Shown: positions 27,193 to 37,582 of the stretch, in pieces | How positions within the stretch are numbered: position 1 is the stretch's first letter | How the letters are laid out: every line of letters begins with the position of its first letter | DNA from: a virus | Virus record (IMG/VR): IMGVR_UViG_3300022745_000021 | Coordinates: 1-64,000 of that record | Direction: 5' to 3' (one strand) | DNA: 64,000 bases | The notes under the pieces: generated by a model | The model's input: only the letters and a program-made list of their open reading frames with translations | The model's database searches: none | Told to the model about the DNA's origin: nothing | Program-made: the position numbers and the translations under genes

Positions 27193-28917
27193 CTAGAGTT
27201 GCAGCACCCGCCGCGTTGCAACCAGTTGCACTTCCTCCTCCCCGTCCGCGTCTAGGTCGTTGGCCGCTTGGGGCAGGGGGGTGTCTACCCCGAAGGTGAC
27301 GTTGCCCGCGCCGTAGGCAAACCCGAGCAGGTAGCCCGCGACATAGCCGACCCGCGACGTCGCCGGTTTGCCGATCCGGCTGTAGGCGTCTTCGATGCCC
27401 CATGCGTGCTGCGAGCGCGCCGCGCCCCACGTGCACAGCATATGTCCGGGCAGCGGCGTGACGTTGGCGGGGAGCAACGCGTCCAAGTCCTTGCCCGCGC
27501 GCTTGGCCTTGAGCTTCGCGCCGGCCAGTGCATGCAGCGCGTGCTGGAGGAAGTTGGCGAGGCCGTGCGTCGCGCGGATCGCGGTGATGACCTCGGCGGG
27601 GAGGTAGCGGTAGCGCTCGGTGACGTACTTGGTCTCGTCGTGCGCCATGAACACCGGGATCATGTAGGCGAAGTGCGCGCATGGCGTGCGGTAGCTGTCG
27701 GTCACCACCTCGACGGGGAGCATGAACACGCCGTGCCAGCCGATCGCCGAGCGCGTAATCATCAACCGCGCCGCCGGCACCGCCCACCAGAAGTTGGCGA
27801 TCTCGCCGCGATGCTTGTCGAGCACCGGGTAGTGGCGCGCGGTCGCTTCGAGGTTGAGTACGGTGAGGCCGCTGTGGCTGTGGGTCAGCCCGAACACCAG
27901 CGCCGTGCCCGCCGTCTCCGAGCGGTAGGTCACCGTGTTGCGGTTCCTGCGGTACACCGAGTGGTCCGGCTCGACGTGGCGCGTGTGGCGGATCAGGGTG
28001 GGCGAGGTTACCGACGGCGGGAACACGCCCGACGCGCCCTTTTCGGGGCCGATCGTGTCGAGCACGTCGCTGATGTCGAGCATCCGCTTTCCACACGTGT
28101 TCTCTGGCAACGTGTCAGGATCGGCGATGGCCGCGCGCTTCAACGGGTCCTTGGGGACGCCCATGCCGCGCCCGAGCGTGTCCGCGCCGCCGCGCCCGGC
28201 GAGCTTGGCGGCGGCGAGGCTCGACACGTCGTAACCCTCGTGGCGGTAGGCGATCTCCATGTAGTCCCACGCCGACATTTCGCCCGACAGCACCTGCGGC
28301 ACGGCGACGCCGAGCGCGCTGCGGTAGGACGGGGAAGCCGAACCGCGCAGGTTGCCGTGGATCAGGTTCAGTTCGGCCGAGCCTTGGCCCTTGAGCGGGG
28401 CGATGCGGTCGCCGTCGGGATCGGCCAGCGTCAGGTCGATCGGCACCTTGCCGTCCTTGGCCGTGTCGATCCACACCTTGAGGTCGTGGGCAAATGCCAC
28501 GGGGGACCAGATGTTTTCGGTGTCGGTCAGCTGCGGGCACAGGCGGGCGCTATAGGTGCGATCCCGATTACCCGTAAACCCTGCCGCCTTGACGTGTCCG
28601 TTGGGCAGCACCTGCCAGCCGTAGGTGCCGGCGGTGTCGTCCTCGATAAACCGGGCCAGTTCCTGCGCGCCCTCGTCGAGCAAGTCGATCACGATCTCGG
28701 CGTGGCTGAACGTGTGGCTCTTGGGGTCGTTATCGACCACGACGCGCAGCAGCTTGACCTCGAACGTGCGGCGCAGCAGGTCGGTGATCGGTGCCCAGTG
28801 GTAGCGGCGAAGCTCCTCGGCGCGGCCTTCGATGACGGCGCTCTGCGCGTTGTGCGCGGCGATGATGAGGTCGCGCTCGCAGGTGGTCATCGGTTTGGTG
28901 ATGGTCACGGTTGCCAT
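27193..28917 (-). CDS. Large hypothetical protein (574 aa)
   Basis: Long ORF with GAGGAG RBS and its own promoter cassette; no family recognised. Confidence 0.8.
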   Translation of the reverse strand: MATVTITKPMTTCERDLIIAAHNAQSAVIEGRAEELRRYHWAPITDLLRRTFEVKLLRVVVDNDPKSHTFSHAEIVIDLLDEGAQELARFIEDDTAGTYGWQVLPNGHVKAAGFTGNRDRTYSARLCPQLTDTENIWSPVAFAHDLKVWIDTAKDGKVPIDLTLADPDGDRIAPLKGQGSAELNLIHGNLRGSASPSYRSALGVAVPQVLSGEMSAWDYMEIAYRHEGYDVSSLAAAKLAGRGGADTLGRGMGVPKDPLKRAAIADPDTLPENTCGKRMLDISDVLDTIGPEKGASGVFPPSVTSPTLIRHTRHVEPDHSVYRRNRNTVTYRSETAGTALVFGLTHSHSGLTVLNLEATARHYPVLDKHRGEIANFWWAVPAARLMITRSAIGWHGVFMLPVEVVTDSYRTPCAHFAYMIPVFMAHDETKYVTERYRYLPAEVITAIRATHGLANFLQHALHALAGAKLKAKRAGKDLDALLPANVTPLPGHMLCTWGAARSQHAWGIEDAYSRIGKPATSRVGYVAGYLLGFAYGAGNVTFGVDTPLPQAANDLDADGEEEVQLVATRRVLQL

Positions 28918-28924
28918 TGACTGT

Positions 28925-29026
28925 GGTCTCCTCGCTTGTGGTCGGGTCCGCTGCCACGGCCCCTTGCTGATCTTTCATACCACAATCGGGGTACGTGTCA
29001 ACGAAATCCCGCTGCAACTGGTTGCA
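28925..29026 (-). promoter_or_regulatory. Promoter-leader cassette
   Basis: TGCAACTGGTTGCA upstream; TTGACA-16-TATGAA; hairpin CCG-TGGCAG-CGG; GAGGAGACC RBS. Confidence 0.75.
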
Positions 29027-29029
29027 ACT

Positions 29030-29368
29030 TCACGCCTTGGCGAACTTGCCGCGCCCTTCTTGGCCCGGGTACTCGCGCGGGTGCTTGTCGGGGTTCTCGG
29101 TGATCCAGTGCCGGAAGTGCATGTCGAAGTAGTAGACCACGACCGTCTCGCCGGTGAGCTTGGGGTGGGGCCGTTTCTTGGACTGCACCGGCCAGCCCAG
29201 CGCGCGAAGTTCGCTGGCGCGGGCGTTGATGGTGAGGAGGTTCATTTCCATGAGCGAGGTGAACGGGTCGATCTGCTCGCCGTTCAACAGCCGGGACAGC
29301 AACGCGTACTGCTTGGTGCCCTCCGACGGGATGTGGGGGGCCGAAATAGGGGGTGCCGCAACTGCCAC
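29030..29368 (-). CDS. Winged helix-turn-helix protein
   Basis: Q...LL..L..G..I...........ARASELR..GW-x-V...V..Y pattern of small phage wHTH proteins. Confidence 0.7.
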   Translation of the reverse strand: MAVAAPPISAPHIPSEGTKQYALLSRLLNGEQIDPFTSLMEMNLLTINARASELRALGWPVQSKKRPHPKLTGETVVVYYFDMHFRHWITENPDKHPREYPGQEGRGKFAKA

Positions 29369-29386
29369 GTTGGTTCTCGGCGCCGG

Positions 29387-29842
29387 TCAGGCTTCGGGCC
29401 AGTGGTCGAGCACCGAGCCGTCGATCTGCACGGTGATCTCGTCCTGCCCCTTTTGCAGGAAAATCTTGGTATAGGGCTTGCGCGTCGAGCTACCCCGGCT
29501 GACGATGATCCGGTAGCCCTGCTCGATGTAATCGCGCACCTTGGTCACCATCGGATGCTCGTCGAGGCCCATGGTGGCGACGATCTCCGCGTTCACCGCG
29601 ATGTTGCCGCCGCGCCCGTCGAGGCTGGAGGGCTTCTGCGCGAACGTGCTGATGAACCCGAGCGCCCGCGTGAAGAACACGCGCAGGTGCGAAGGATAGG
29701 TCCCGGTGACGTACATATATGCGGCCCGGTCGCGAAGATCACGGTAGCCCTTCGATCGCGTGTCGCGCAGGACCATGCTGATCTCTTGCTGCAACTCGGT
29801 CGGATTTGCTTGGCCGGTGGCCGAGCCTTGCGCTGCGTTCAT
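29387..29842 (-). CDS. Hypothetical protein
   Basis: GGAGG RBS; coding-like bias. Confidence 0.75.
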   Translation of the reverse strand: MNAAQGSATGQANPTELQQEISMVLRDTRSKGYRDLRDRAAYMYVTGTYPSHLRVFFTRALGFISTFAQKPSSLDGRGGNIAVNAEIVATMGLDEHPMVTKVRDYIEQGYRIIVSRGSSTRKPYTKIFLQKGQDEITVQIDGSVLDHWPEA

Positions 29843-30149
29843 GTATTACCTCCATCTGGCCGTCCCCGACGCGGCAATATTGTGCTGGTTTGCCCGAACT
29901 CACCCGCGCTGCGCCGCAACATGCATCCAGTGGTGTTGCGCTACCGCATGGCGGAACATTTGTAAATAGCGTTCGTGTTACCCAGACATTGCCTGTCGGA
30001 AGATATGGCCTCGGTTTTTTCCTACGGGTGTAGCTGCAACGGGTTGCAACTTACTTGTAGAACCCTACACGTGTTGGAAAGTTCCGTAGAAAATAGGGCA
30101 GGGGGGCAGTCACCCGCCCCCCGCATACAAATACCTGTTAACGAATGAT

Positions 30150-30413
30150 TTAGCGCAGGAAAACCGGCAGCGTCCCGGCGTAGGTGAGGTGGCACACTTC
30201 CTCGGGGAACACCGTGTCACCGTCGATGCTGGTCACGGTGCCGATCTCGTCGGTCTCGAAGCACTGCAATCCGCCGTCCTCGTTGACCGCGCCGACGACA
30301 AGATAGGCGCCGACCGGAAAAATGTGATCCTCGGGGACCATCCGGTACGCGTCGGCGTAACCGCAGAAGACCAGCCGGGAGCCGACTTCGATCTTCGTGT
30401 CCACTTGCTGCAT
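30150..30413 (-). CDS. Hypothetical protein (87 aa)
   Basis: ATG at 30413 with GGAG RBS; divergent from the 30537 gene. Confidence 0.65.
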   Translation of the reverse strand: MQQVDTKIEVGSRLVFCGYADAYRMVPEDHIFPVGAYLVVGAVNEDGGLQCFETDEIGTVTSIDGDTVFPEEVCHLTYAGTLPVFLR

Positions 30414-30536
30414 TGCTATCGTCTCCGGGCCGCGATAGCGCGTTTCATGCGCCGAGCGCGCGCCGTCGTCAAGATTACGCGTGACGGGTGCATGCGTTCC
30501 GGGTAGGTTTGACGTTGAAACGGAACAGGAGCGTTG

Positions 30537-30956
30537 ATGGCCCGCGAGCGTAAGTTCGATACCGAAGCGCATGACGCCGCCGCCGAGATTGCCGACAGCA
30601 TCGTCGCTTCCGTGGACGGCCGGGCGACGGGCATCATCGTGGGCATGCGCGCGTATCGCAAGGGTCAGCGCACCCGCGATCCCGAACTGGCGCGGCTCGA
30701 AGCCCAGCTGGCCGAACTCAAGACCAAGCTCGCCGTGGCGGAAAACAACAGCGTCGGCACGTGGACGCCGTACGAATGCCAGCACGTCGCGACGCTGCAC
30801 AAGTATGGCATGAAGCTGGCCGAGATCGCCAAGCTCACCGGCACCAGCGTGGCGCAGGTGCGCGAAGCCTTGCGACTCAACAAGGACAAGCGCTTCCGCA
30901 CCGCGTCCGACCGGCTGCCGCCGGTGCCGGGCCGCCGGCAACTCGACGCCGACTAG
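30537..30956 (+). CDS. Coiled-coil + C-terminal HTH protein, putative regulator
   Basis: AGGAG RBS; WT-x-x-E...L...GM.LAEIAKLTGTSVAQVREAL HTH; one of only two convincing plus-strand genes. Confidence 0.75.
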   Translation: MARERKFDTEAHDAAAEIADSIVASVDGRATGIIVGMRAYRKGQRTRDPELARLEAQLAELKTKLAVAENNSVGTWTPYECQHVATLHKYGMKLAEIAKLTGTSVAQVREALRLNKDKRFRTASDRLPPVPGRRQLDAD

Positions 30957-31160
30957 GCGCAGCTGCGCGCTCGGAGTCTGGCTCCATTTAACATAAGAAG
31001 CATTATCGTTCCCAGATCGGGTATGGTGCGAAGGGGTAGGGGTCGATGGGGTGATAGGGGTCGCTCCTCTGGCTGATTGGAGCCTTCCCCCTACACAAGT
31101 ACCCCCGCGCGGGCAAGCCAAACCGGTTGCAACTGGTTGCAAAGTCAGGGTTTGTGCGCG

Positions 31161-31288
31161 TCAGCGGTGCCCGTTCACCGCCAGCAGGATCGGCGCGGCG
31201 AACCCCGCGATCAGCAGCAGGCAAATCCACGCGACCGCCAGACGCCGGCCGATGTCGTGGTGCACGTCAACCCGCCGGACCGCGCGCT

Positions 31289-31292
<4 letters not shown>
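31161..31292 (-). CDS. Small membrane protein (43 aa)
   Basis: GTGA overlap with the thyA stop; MKRAVRR...[22 protein letters not shown] hydrophobic helix. Confidence 0.55.
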
Positions 31293-32188
<896 letters not shown>

Positions 32189-32215
32189 CGGGTGCTTTCC
32201 AGACGTGTTGGTTGG

Positions 32216-32755
32216 TCAGATCAGGCGCTGCATGGCGAGCTTGGTGACGTCCCGGCAGTGCGCGGCATATTCGGCGGTGGCTGGCGATATCATGATCCCG
32301 GTCTTGACCGCGTAGAGCGGGAACACGGCGCCGGTGGGGTTCTCGAAGTCGTAGCCCTCGCCGCACCATTCGCTCATCACGTCGATTTCCTGCCAGCGGT
32401 ACGCTCCCGCGCGCGGGATGAACTCGCGGAACCGGGATTTGATGACGGCGGCGCGGTTTCGCTCAAATGGATCGCGGAACAGGTCGCAGAACAGGAAGTC
32501 GGCGCAGTCGAGGCCGAAGTCGCGGCGCTGTGCTTGCAGCGGGTTGCAAAATTCGATGAGGCGCAGCTTGCGGGATCGGTTCGGGGTCACCCGCCTGCCC
32601 GGGACGTAGTACACGGCGGTGACCTCGGGCTTGGCGACGAGCATCGTAACGAACGCATCACTGGGGCCAAGGACGACCACCGTGCCTTTGACAGCGGGAG
32701 CGTTGACGATCGCGCGCAGGGTTACCTCGTCGCGATTGGGGGCTGGATCGAGCAA
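32216..32755 (-). CDS. Hypothetical protein, possibly a degenerate SAM-dependent methyltransferase-like fold; start uncertain
   Basis: GTVVVLGP...LVAKPEVTAVYYV...DFLFCDLF resembles the spermidine-synthase-like strand order; candidate TTG start after AGAAAGG. Confidence 0.45.
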   Translation of the reverse strand: MLDPAPNRDEVTLRAIVNAPAVKGTVVVLGPSDAFVTMLVAKPEVTAVYYVPGRRVTPNRSRKLRLIEFCNPLQAQRRDFGLDCADFLFCDLFRDPFERNRAAVIKSRFREFIPRAGAYRWQEIDVMSEWCGEGYDFENPTGAVFPLYAVKTGIMISPATAEYAAHCRDVTKLAMQRLI

Positions 32756-32928
32756 GAGCTTCTGGCCTTTCTGGCGTTGAGAAAGGAAGCTAGGTGGAAC
32801 ACGTGTAGGTGTCAAGGTGATTATGCGTGCCGCGCGGTATGACCCACTGAAACCCCCCGAAAAATCCCACGAAAAAACCCGCCGCACGTCATCGGTGCAG
32901 CGGGTTGCAAAATCAGCAGCGGGGACGA

Positions 32929-33231
32929 TCAGTCGGCGGGGTGGGCCTCCCCTTCCCCCGTGGCAGCCGCCCGGCGCCGGGTCAGTAGCGCGAACACCGC
33001 GACCAGCGGCCACAGCACGACCACGGCCATGCCGAACCCGCGCCCTACCCGGGTGAAGCGAAACGCGGCGAGGAGTTCGTGATCGTCGTAGCTCTGCGAG
33101 CGCGCGAGGGTTGCCAGTTCGGACAACCAGAGCCGCCGGCCTTGGCGCAGGTAGCACAAGACGGTGATGACCAGCAGGATCGCAAGGACCACGTTCATCT
33201 GTACGGCGTTGAGAAGGGTATTCGTGGGCAT
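32929..33231 (-). CDS. Two-TM membrane protein
   Basis: Two hydrophobic segments (VVLAILLVITVLCYL; GMAVVVLWPLVAVFALL). Confidence 0.65.
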   Translation of the reverse strand: MPTNTLLNAVQMNVVLAILLVITVLCYLRQGRRLWLSELATLARSQSYDDHELLAAFRFTRVGRGFGMAVVVLWPLVAVFALLTRRRAAATGEGEAHPAD

Positions 33232-33908
33232 CTGGCAGTGTCTTTCGTTCGGGGTCAGGCGGACGTGATCGCGGTGTCAGCCCGGCCGCCGCCGAAAACC
33301 TCCCCCGCGCGCTGCGTACTTGTGTTGGCGCTGGGGGCGTGAACGGTATTTGGTGCCATATCCAAGGTCCTCCCCCCAGTATGTCGGTTGATGTTGCGCC
33401 CATCGCGGGCATGGCAAGGGGGCATTCCCCCCGTTCCTGATATGTGTCTACGTCCAACTTTGACGCGCGTCAACCTATCAAATCACCATAGGTTCCAAAT
33501 AAATTTCTTGAAATGTTGGATAACGTGAGTTTTTTGCGGTGTACCGGGCACATAGCAAAGGTCCGGGCGTAAAAATACCGTAAAAATGCATCAAACCGCT
33601 ATTCCGCGCCAAGTCAACCTGAACCGTTGTTCACTCTAGCTATGCAAATGATTGCGTTGCACGTCGCCCGGTGACTTGGCGGCCCTCCCCGTAACCGCAA
33701 ACGATGCTTCAAGCAACAAACGTACGTCGCACCGTCCGGCATGGCTTCCGGGGGCGTTGCCCGTGCCTCGCCCACGAAAAAGGCCCGGAAAGTGGTTTCC
33801 CACCTCCGGGCCTTGACGCTGCTGACACCACCAATTGGCAGCGGTGATGCCGGCGACCGGCAGGGGGAGGAGACCCACCCGTTACGGCCTTGCGCTTATC
33901 GCTGGAAA

Positions 33909-34523
33909 CTATGTCTGATGGCGCTGATTGTCAAGGTCGAACAGCCGCTTCATTTCGTCTGGATCAAGCACTTGGCGCCCGTGCAGCCACATTTCGAGCA
34001 CCTGCCAGTCCTGCTCCGGGTTGCGCAGCACGATCGTTTGCGGGCCGGTCTGCGTCACCGCGTAGCCCGCGCAGCTGCCAAGGACGAACACCGCCGGCCG
34101 GTCGTCGGCCACCATCGGGTGCCCGGCGATCACCATGTCCGCATCGAGCGCGCCGGGGGTCAGCGTCTTGTCGTCGATCCGCTTGGCGTAGCGCGGCGCG
34201 GCAAGGTACGGGCACACCTGCACCGCGTAGCGCGCGCAGTCCTCGTGCATCGCGGGGTCGAGGAAGGCTCCCTGCGGGTGGGTGAAGCAGATCGGGCCGC
34301 CGATGAACCAAGCCCCCTTCCCTTCGTCCTTGAGCTTGTCGCCGCACAGCCCGCACAGGCCCTTGGTGGCGACTTCGAGCACGCGCATCTGGTCGCTGAT
34401 CGTGAAGTGCGCGCGCTTGCCCTTGTCCACCAGCGCCACGTAGGGGATCGGGTAGCCTCGGGGGTCCTTGGGCCGCTTGCGCAGGCGCTTGGGGACTTCG
34501 ATCGCGGTCTGGGTCGGCATCAT
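33909..34523 (-). CDS. Conserved-looking Cys/His-rich hypothetical protein
   Basis: RG.PIPY, CGLCG, WFIGGP, DPAMHEDCA.YA...CP.L; ATGA coupling to the upstream gene. Confidence 0.8.
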   Translation of the reverse strand: MMPTQTAIEVPKRLRKRPKDPRGYPIPYVALVDKGKRAHFTISDQMRVLEVATKGLCGLCGDKLKDEGKGAWFIGGPICFTHPQGAFLDPAMHEDCARYAVQVCPYLAAPRYAKRIDDKTLTPGALDADMVIAGHPMVADDRPAVFVLGSCAGYAVTQTGPQTIVLRNPEQDWQVLEMWLHGRQVLDPDEMKRLFDLDNQRHQT

Positions 34524-35074
34524 GCGGCAATCCTCGCGCGGCTGCGCCCCAAGGGCAAGGGATAGCGTTTCGTCGCCGGCACGCCGAGCGCCCAGTTGAT
34601 CTTGGCGCGGCTCACCGGGTGCCACTGGGTCTGATCGACGCACACCGAGACGTAGCGCTCGCTGGGGATCACGCGCGAGTGGAGGTGGCCGTGGACATTC
34701 GCCACCCACTGCCCGACTTGGCACGGGTGCACCGGGATGTGGGTCAGCACCAGCCCCTTGAGGTACTTGCAGCCGTGGACCTCCTCGAACATGTCGAAGC
34801 GCCCTTCCCGCATGTTGCCGTCCCAGTTGCCGCCGACCAGTCGCAGGCGGCCGGGCAGGTCGCGGAACACTTCGATGTCCTTGCCGGTGTCGCCGATCAT
34901 CCACACCACGTCCTCGGGCTGCACCAGCGTGCGCCAGTTGGCGATGATCGTGTCGGCCATCGCGGTCAGGCTCGGGAACGGGCGCGGGTTCTTGCCCGGG
35001 GTCAGCACCGACTTGTCGCCGAAATGCGTGTCGGCGATGAACCATTCGTTGGGTAGGGAAGCGGTAACGGTAAT
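34520..35074 (-). CDS. Calcineurin-like metallophosphoesterase (apparent ATT start)
   Basis: DTHFG, GD, GNWD, LTH.P, HGHLH motifs. The DxH motif lies upstream of the first canonical start (35008), and GAGGAG sits 7 nt before ATT at 35074. Confidence 0.85.
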   Translation of the reverse strand: MTVTASLPNEWFIADTHFGDKSVLTPGKNPRPFPSLTAMADTIIANWRTLVQPEDVVWMIGDTGKDIEVFRDLPGRLRLVGGNWDGNMREGRFDMFEEVHGCKYLKGLVLTHIPVHPCQVGQWVANVHGHLHSRVIPSERYVSVCVDQTQWHPVSRAKINWALGVPATKRYPLPLGRSRARIAA

Positions 35075-35164
35075 GGGTAGTCTCCTCGGGTATGACGGGG
35101 CGCTGCCTTGCCCCCGGTTTGCTCTCTGCTCATACCGGTTTAGGGGTACGGCGTCAAGCGCTGT

Positions 35165-35749
35165 CTACAAATCGGTCTCGTCCTCGTCGGTCATGTAGCG
35201 GACAAACTCGTCGGGGTCGCGCGGCTGGAACGCGCCGGTGCGCACCATGCGGTCCCGTACCGCCAGCCCGCTCTCGTTGTCACCCCGGCAGGGGGCGAGG
35301 CGCGGATCGTCCGGGTCCACCCCGTTGGCAATCGCCATGTCGCGGTAGCTCGCGTAAAGCGCGACGCCGTCGGGGTTGCCGACGCGGTCCACATCGAGCC
35401 TGCCGTCCATCTGCGCGAAGCGGACGCCCATGTTGTTCGCCGCGTTGACCAGCAGGAAGCCCGCGCACGTCGCCGGGTTTTCCTTGCCGCTGTCGTGGCA
35501 GGCGAACGTGCTCATCGAGCCGTCATAGGCGGTGTTGGCGCTCACCCGGTACGCTTCGGCGGGGAAGAAGCCGATCGCGGCGTCCTTGCGCCACGGGCAG
35601 GTCGCGCACGGCTTGAGGCGGGCTACCGCCTTGGCTCCGTTGCTCTTGGTTTCGAGCCGGACGACCCCCCAGTCGGCGCCGTCACCGCCCTCCCCCACCG
35701 GCCGGACGCGGGTGGCCTCGGTCTGTCTGCGCTTGGACGTGGGCGTCAT
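35165..35749 (-). CDS. CxxCPW...CH...CAG family protein (DUF6283-like)
   Basis: PCATCPWRKDA...FACH.S...CAGFL; GAGGAG RBS cassette. Confidence 0.75.
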   Translation of the reverse strand: MTPTSKRRQTEATRVRPVGEGGDGADWGVVRLETKSNGAKAVARLKPCATCPWRKDAAIGFFPAEAYRVSANTAYDGSMSTFACHDSGKENPATCAGFLLVNAANNMGVRFAQMDGRLDVDRVGNPDGVALYASYRDMAIANGVDPDDPRLAPCRGDNESGLAVRDRMVRTGAFQPRDPDEFVRYMTDEDETDL

Positions 35750-35894
35750 GGCGGTACGGTCTCCTCGGGTGGTTGCTGCCTGCCCCCTCGTACCATATGC
35801 CCGGTATATGGTCAAGAAATAGGGGTTGCAACCGCGTTGCAACCCCCTCCCCCCTCCGGGTTAATTTTCCGCGCCCGAGCGCGGGCAGACAGGA

Positions 35895-36350
35895 TCAGAC
35901 CAGCGCGTCGGTGATCGTGATCGTGTACTGCTTGTTCGCGTTGCTGTCCACGAGCGTGCCCGAGGCGACGATCGAGGCGGCGTTCTGCGAGCCGGTGATG
36001 TGGACCACCGAGGCGTTGGTGTAGACCGCGTCGAGCAGCGCAGCGTCGGCCGAGCCGGCAACCACCTTGAGGGTGATCGTGCGGGTCAGGACGGCGATGC
36101 CCTTGGTCTGCGAGCCGGTGTACGAGCCGTTCTTGCGGAACGAGCCATCGACGTTGGCGCGGATGAACGCGTCGAACGCAAGGTGGCGGTCGCGCACGGC
36201 GGCGACGTTGGTGAGGTTGGTCTTGTCGATGGCGAGACGGGTCACTTCCGCCTTGACACCGGCCCAGAACGAATAGGTGTCCTTGCCCTGAATGGCGCCA
36301 GCGAGGCTTTCCCAACCGCGCGGAACCTTGCGTGCATTCGAGTATTCCAT
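35895..36350 (-). CDS. Hypothetical protein, possibly virion-associated
   Basis: AGGAGG RBS; strongly biased codons; beta-rich C-terminus; CCTATAT-type promoter upstream. Confidence 0.75.
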   Translation of the reverse strand: MEYSNARKVPRGWESLAGAIQGKDTYSFWAGVKAEVTRLAIDKTNLTNVAAVRDRHLAFDAFIRANVDGSFRKNGSYTGSQTKGIAVLTRTITLKVVAGSADAALLDAVYTNASVVHITGSQNAASIVASGTLVDSNANKQYTITITDALV

Positions 36351-36442
36351 GGAAGCCTCCTGTATGTGTAGGCAGCAACTAGCACTAGTGCCCCGCTCAT
36401 ATAGGAAGCGTCGTGGCGGGTGCAATACCGCCCGTGCGGGGG

Positions 36443-36787
36443 TTAATCCAACCCGCCCGCTGCAACGTGTTGCACCAGATCGTGGTAGCCGCCGACGTAC
36501 GCGCCCTTGACGAATATCTGCGGCACGGTGCGCGCGCTGCCCTCCAGTTCGAGGCCGTCGTAGAGCCGATCGCGCTCGGCTTGGGTTTCGAGCTTGAGCG
36601 TGATGTGCTCGGCCCCGAGCCGTTCCAGCAGCGCGTCCGTCCGGCGGCAGAACGGGCAGCCATCCTTGGAAAACACGACGATGCCCTCCTCCAGCGCGTC
36701 CCCGACCATGTCCCACGCGGCGGCGAGCGCGGCGTCGATGTCGTTGTCGGCGATGGCGGGCGGAATGATAGCGGCAGGAGCGTTCAT
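36443..36787 (-). CDS. Glutaredoxin
   Basis: VFSK.GCPFC, RTVPQIF, VGGY.DL. Confidence 0.93.
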   Translation of the reverse strand: MNAPAAIIPPAIADNDIDAALAAAWDMVGDALEEGIVVFSKDGCPFCRRTDALLERLGAEHITLKLETQAERDRLYDGLELEGSARTVPQIFVKGAYVGGYHDLVQHVAAGGLD

Positions 36788-37362
36788 GGCGTATTCCTCT
36801 GGGTTGATGCGGCGTCTACATGTGTTGCTTGGGCGGGCCGAAAACAAGGCGCGGCCACTCCATACGGCGGCTTTCCGGGCGGACGATGATGGCGCGGGTC
36901 ACGCTTGGCGCGCTCGGCGCGCAGGAAATAGCGGGCAACCCGGTCGCAGTAGCCGTTGACCTTGCTGCGCGGATCACCGCCGCCGCTGTGCCCCTTCACG
37001 TGTCGCCATTCGAGCGTCAGGTTGTGCCGGGCAAGGAACTCCTGCGCGACCCGCGCGGTCTCGACACGGTCGGGCTGCTTGTGCCCGCCCTTCTTGGTCT
37101 TGGCCCCGGCAATCGCCACGCCGACGGCGTCGTTGTCGGTCTGCGCGACGATGGTATCGCCCGGCTGGATCACACCAGCCTTGAGGCCCATGTGGATGGT
37201 GTTGAGCAGCGCCCGGCTCTCGGCAACGGTCGTGCTGAACATCGCGTCCTTGAGCACCCCGCCGCCGCGCGCGGTGCCGCGTACGGACTTGACCCAGCCG
37301 CCCCACGTCCCGAGGCGCATGTGCGGGCACAGGCCCGCGTCGGAAAACACTGTCACCAACAC
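36784..37362 (-). CDS. Ribonuclease H-like protein
   Basis: VFSDAG, AE..A, QTDN, WRHVKGH, N..CD acidic catalytic pattern. Confidence 0.85.
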   Translation of the reverse strand: MLVTVFSDAGLCPHMRLGTWGGWVKSVRGTARGGGVLKDAMFSTTVAESRALLNTIHMGLKAGVIQPGDTIVAQTDNDAVGVAIAGAKTKKGGHKQPDRVETARVAQEFLARHNLTLEWRHVKGHSGGGDPRSKVNGYCDRVARYFLRAERAKRDPRHHRPPGKPPYGVAAPCFRPAQATHVDAASTQRNTP

Positions 37363-37381
37363 GTGTTGCTCCGACGTGCAA

Positions 37382-37582
37382 TTAGATGAACAAGTCGGGT
37401 TGCGTCGAGACCAGCCGGTCCTCGCCCGAGAGCACGATGCGGCGCGCGAGACCCTTGCGGATCATGGTGGTCGCCCACGAGCGCGTCACGCCGCCGTCCT
37501 TGGGGGTGCCGATCGGTAGACCCCGCGCGCCGGCATGATTGAGCCGTTCCGAGGGGTTCCACGCTGACATCCACCGCTCCAT
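37382..37582 (-). CDS. Hypothetical protein
   Basis: Abuts the upstream gene stop; GGAGG upstream. Confidence 0.5.
   Translation of the reverse strand: MERWMSAWNPSERLNHAGARGLPIGTPKDGGVTRSWATTMIRKGLARRIVLSGEDRLVSTQPDLFI

Noticed and set aside
5842-28920. Long plus-strand ORFs (e.g. 5842-8340, 8359-11082, 13767-16961, 25246-27255, 27268-28920)
   Set aside because: Antisense shadows expected in high-GC coding DNA; no RBS or recognisable motifs
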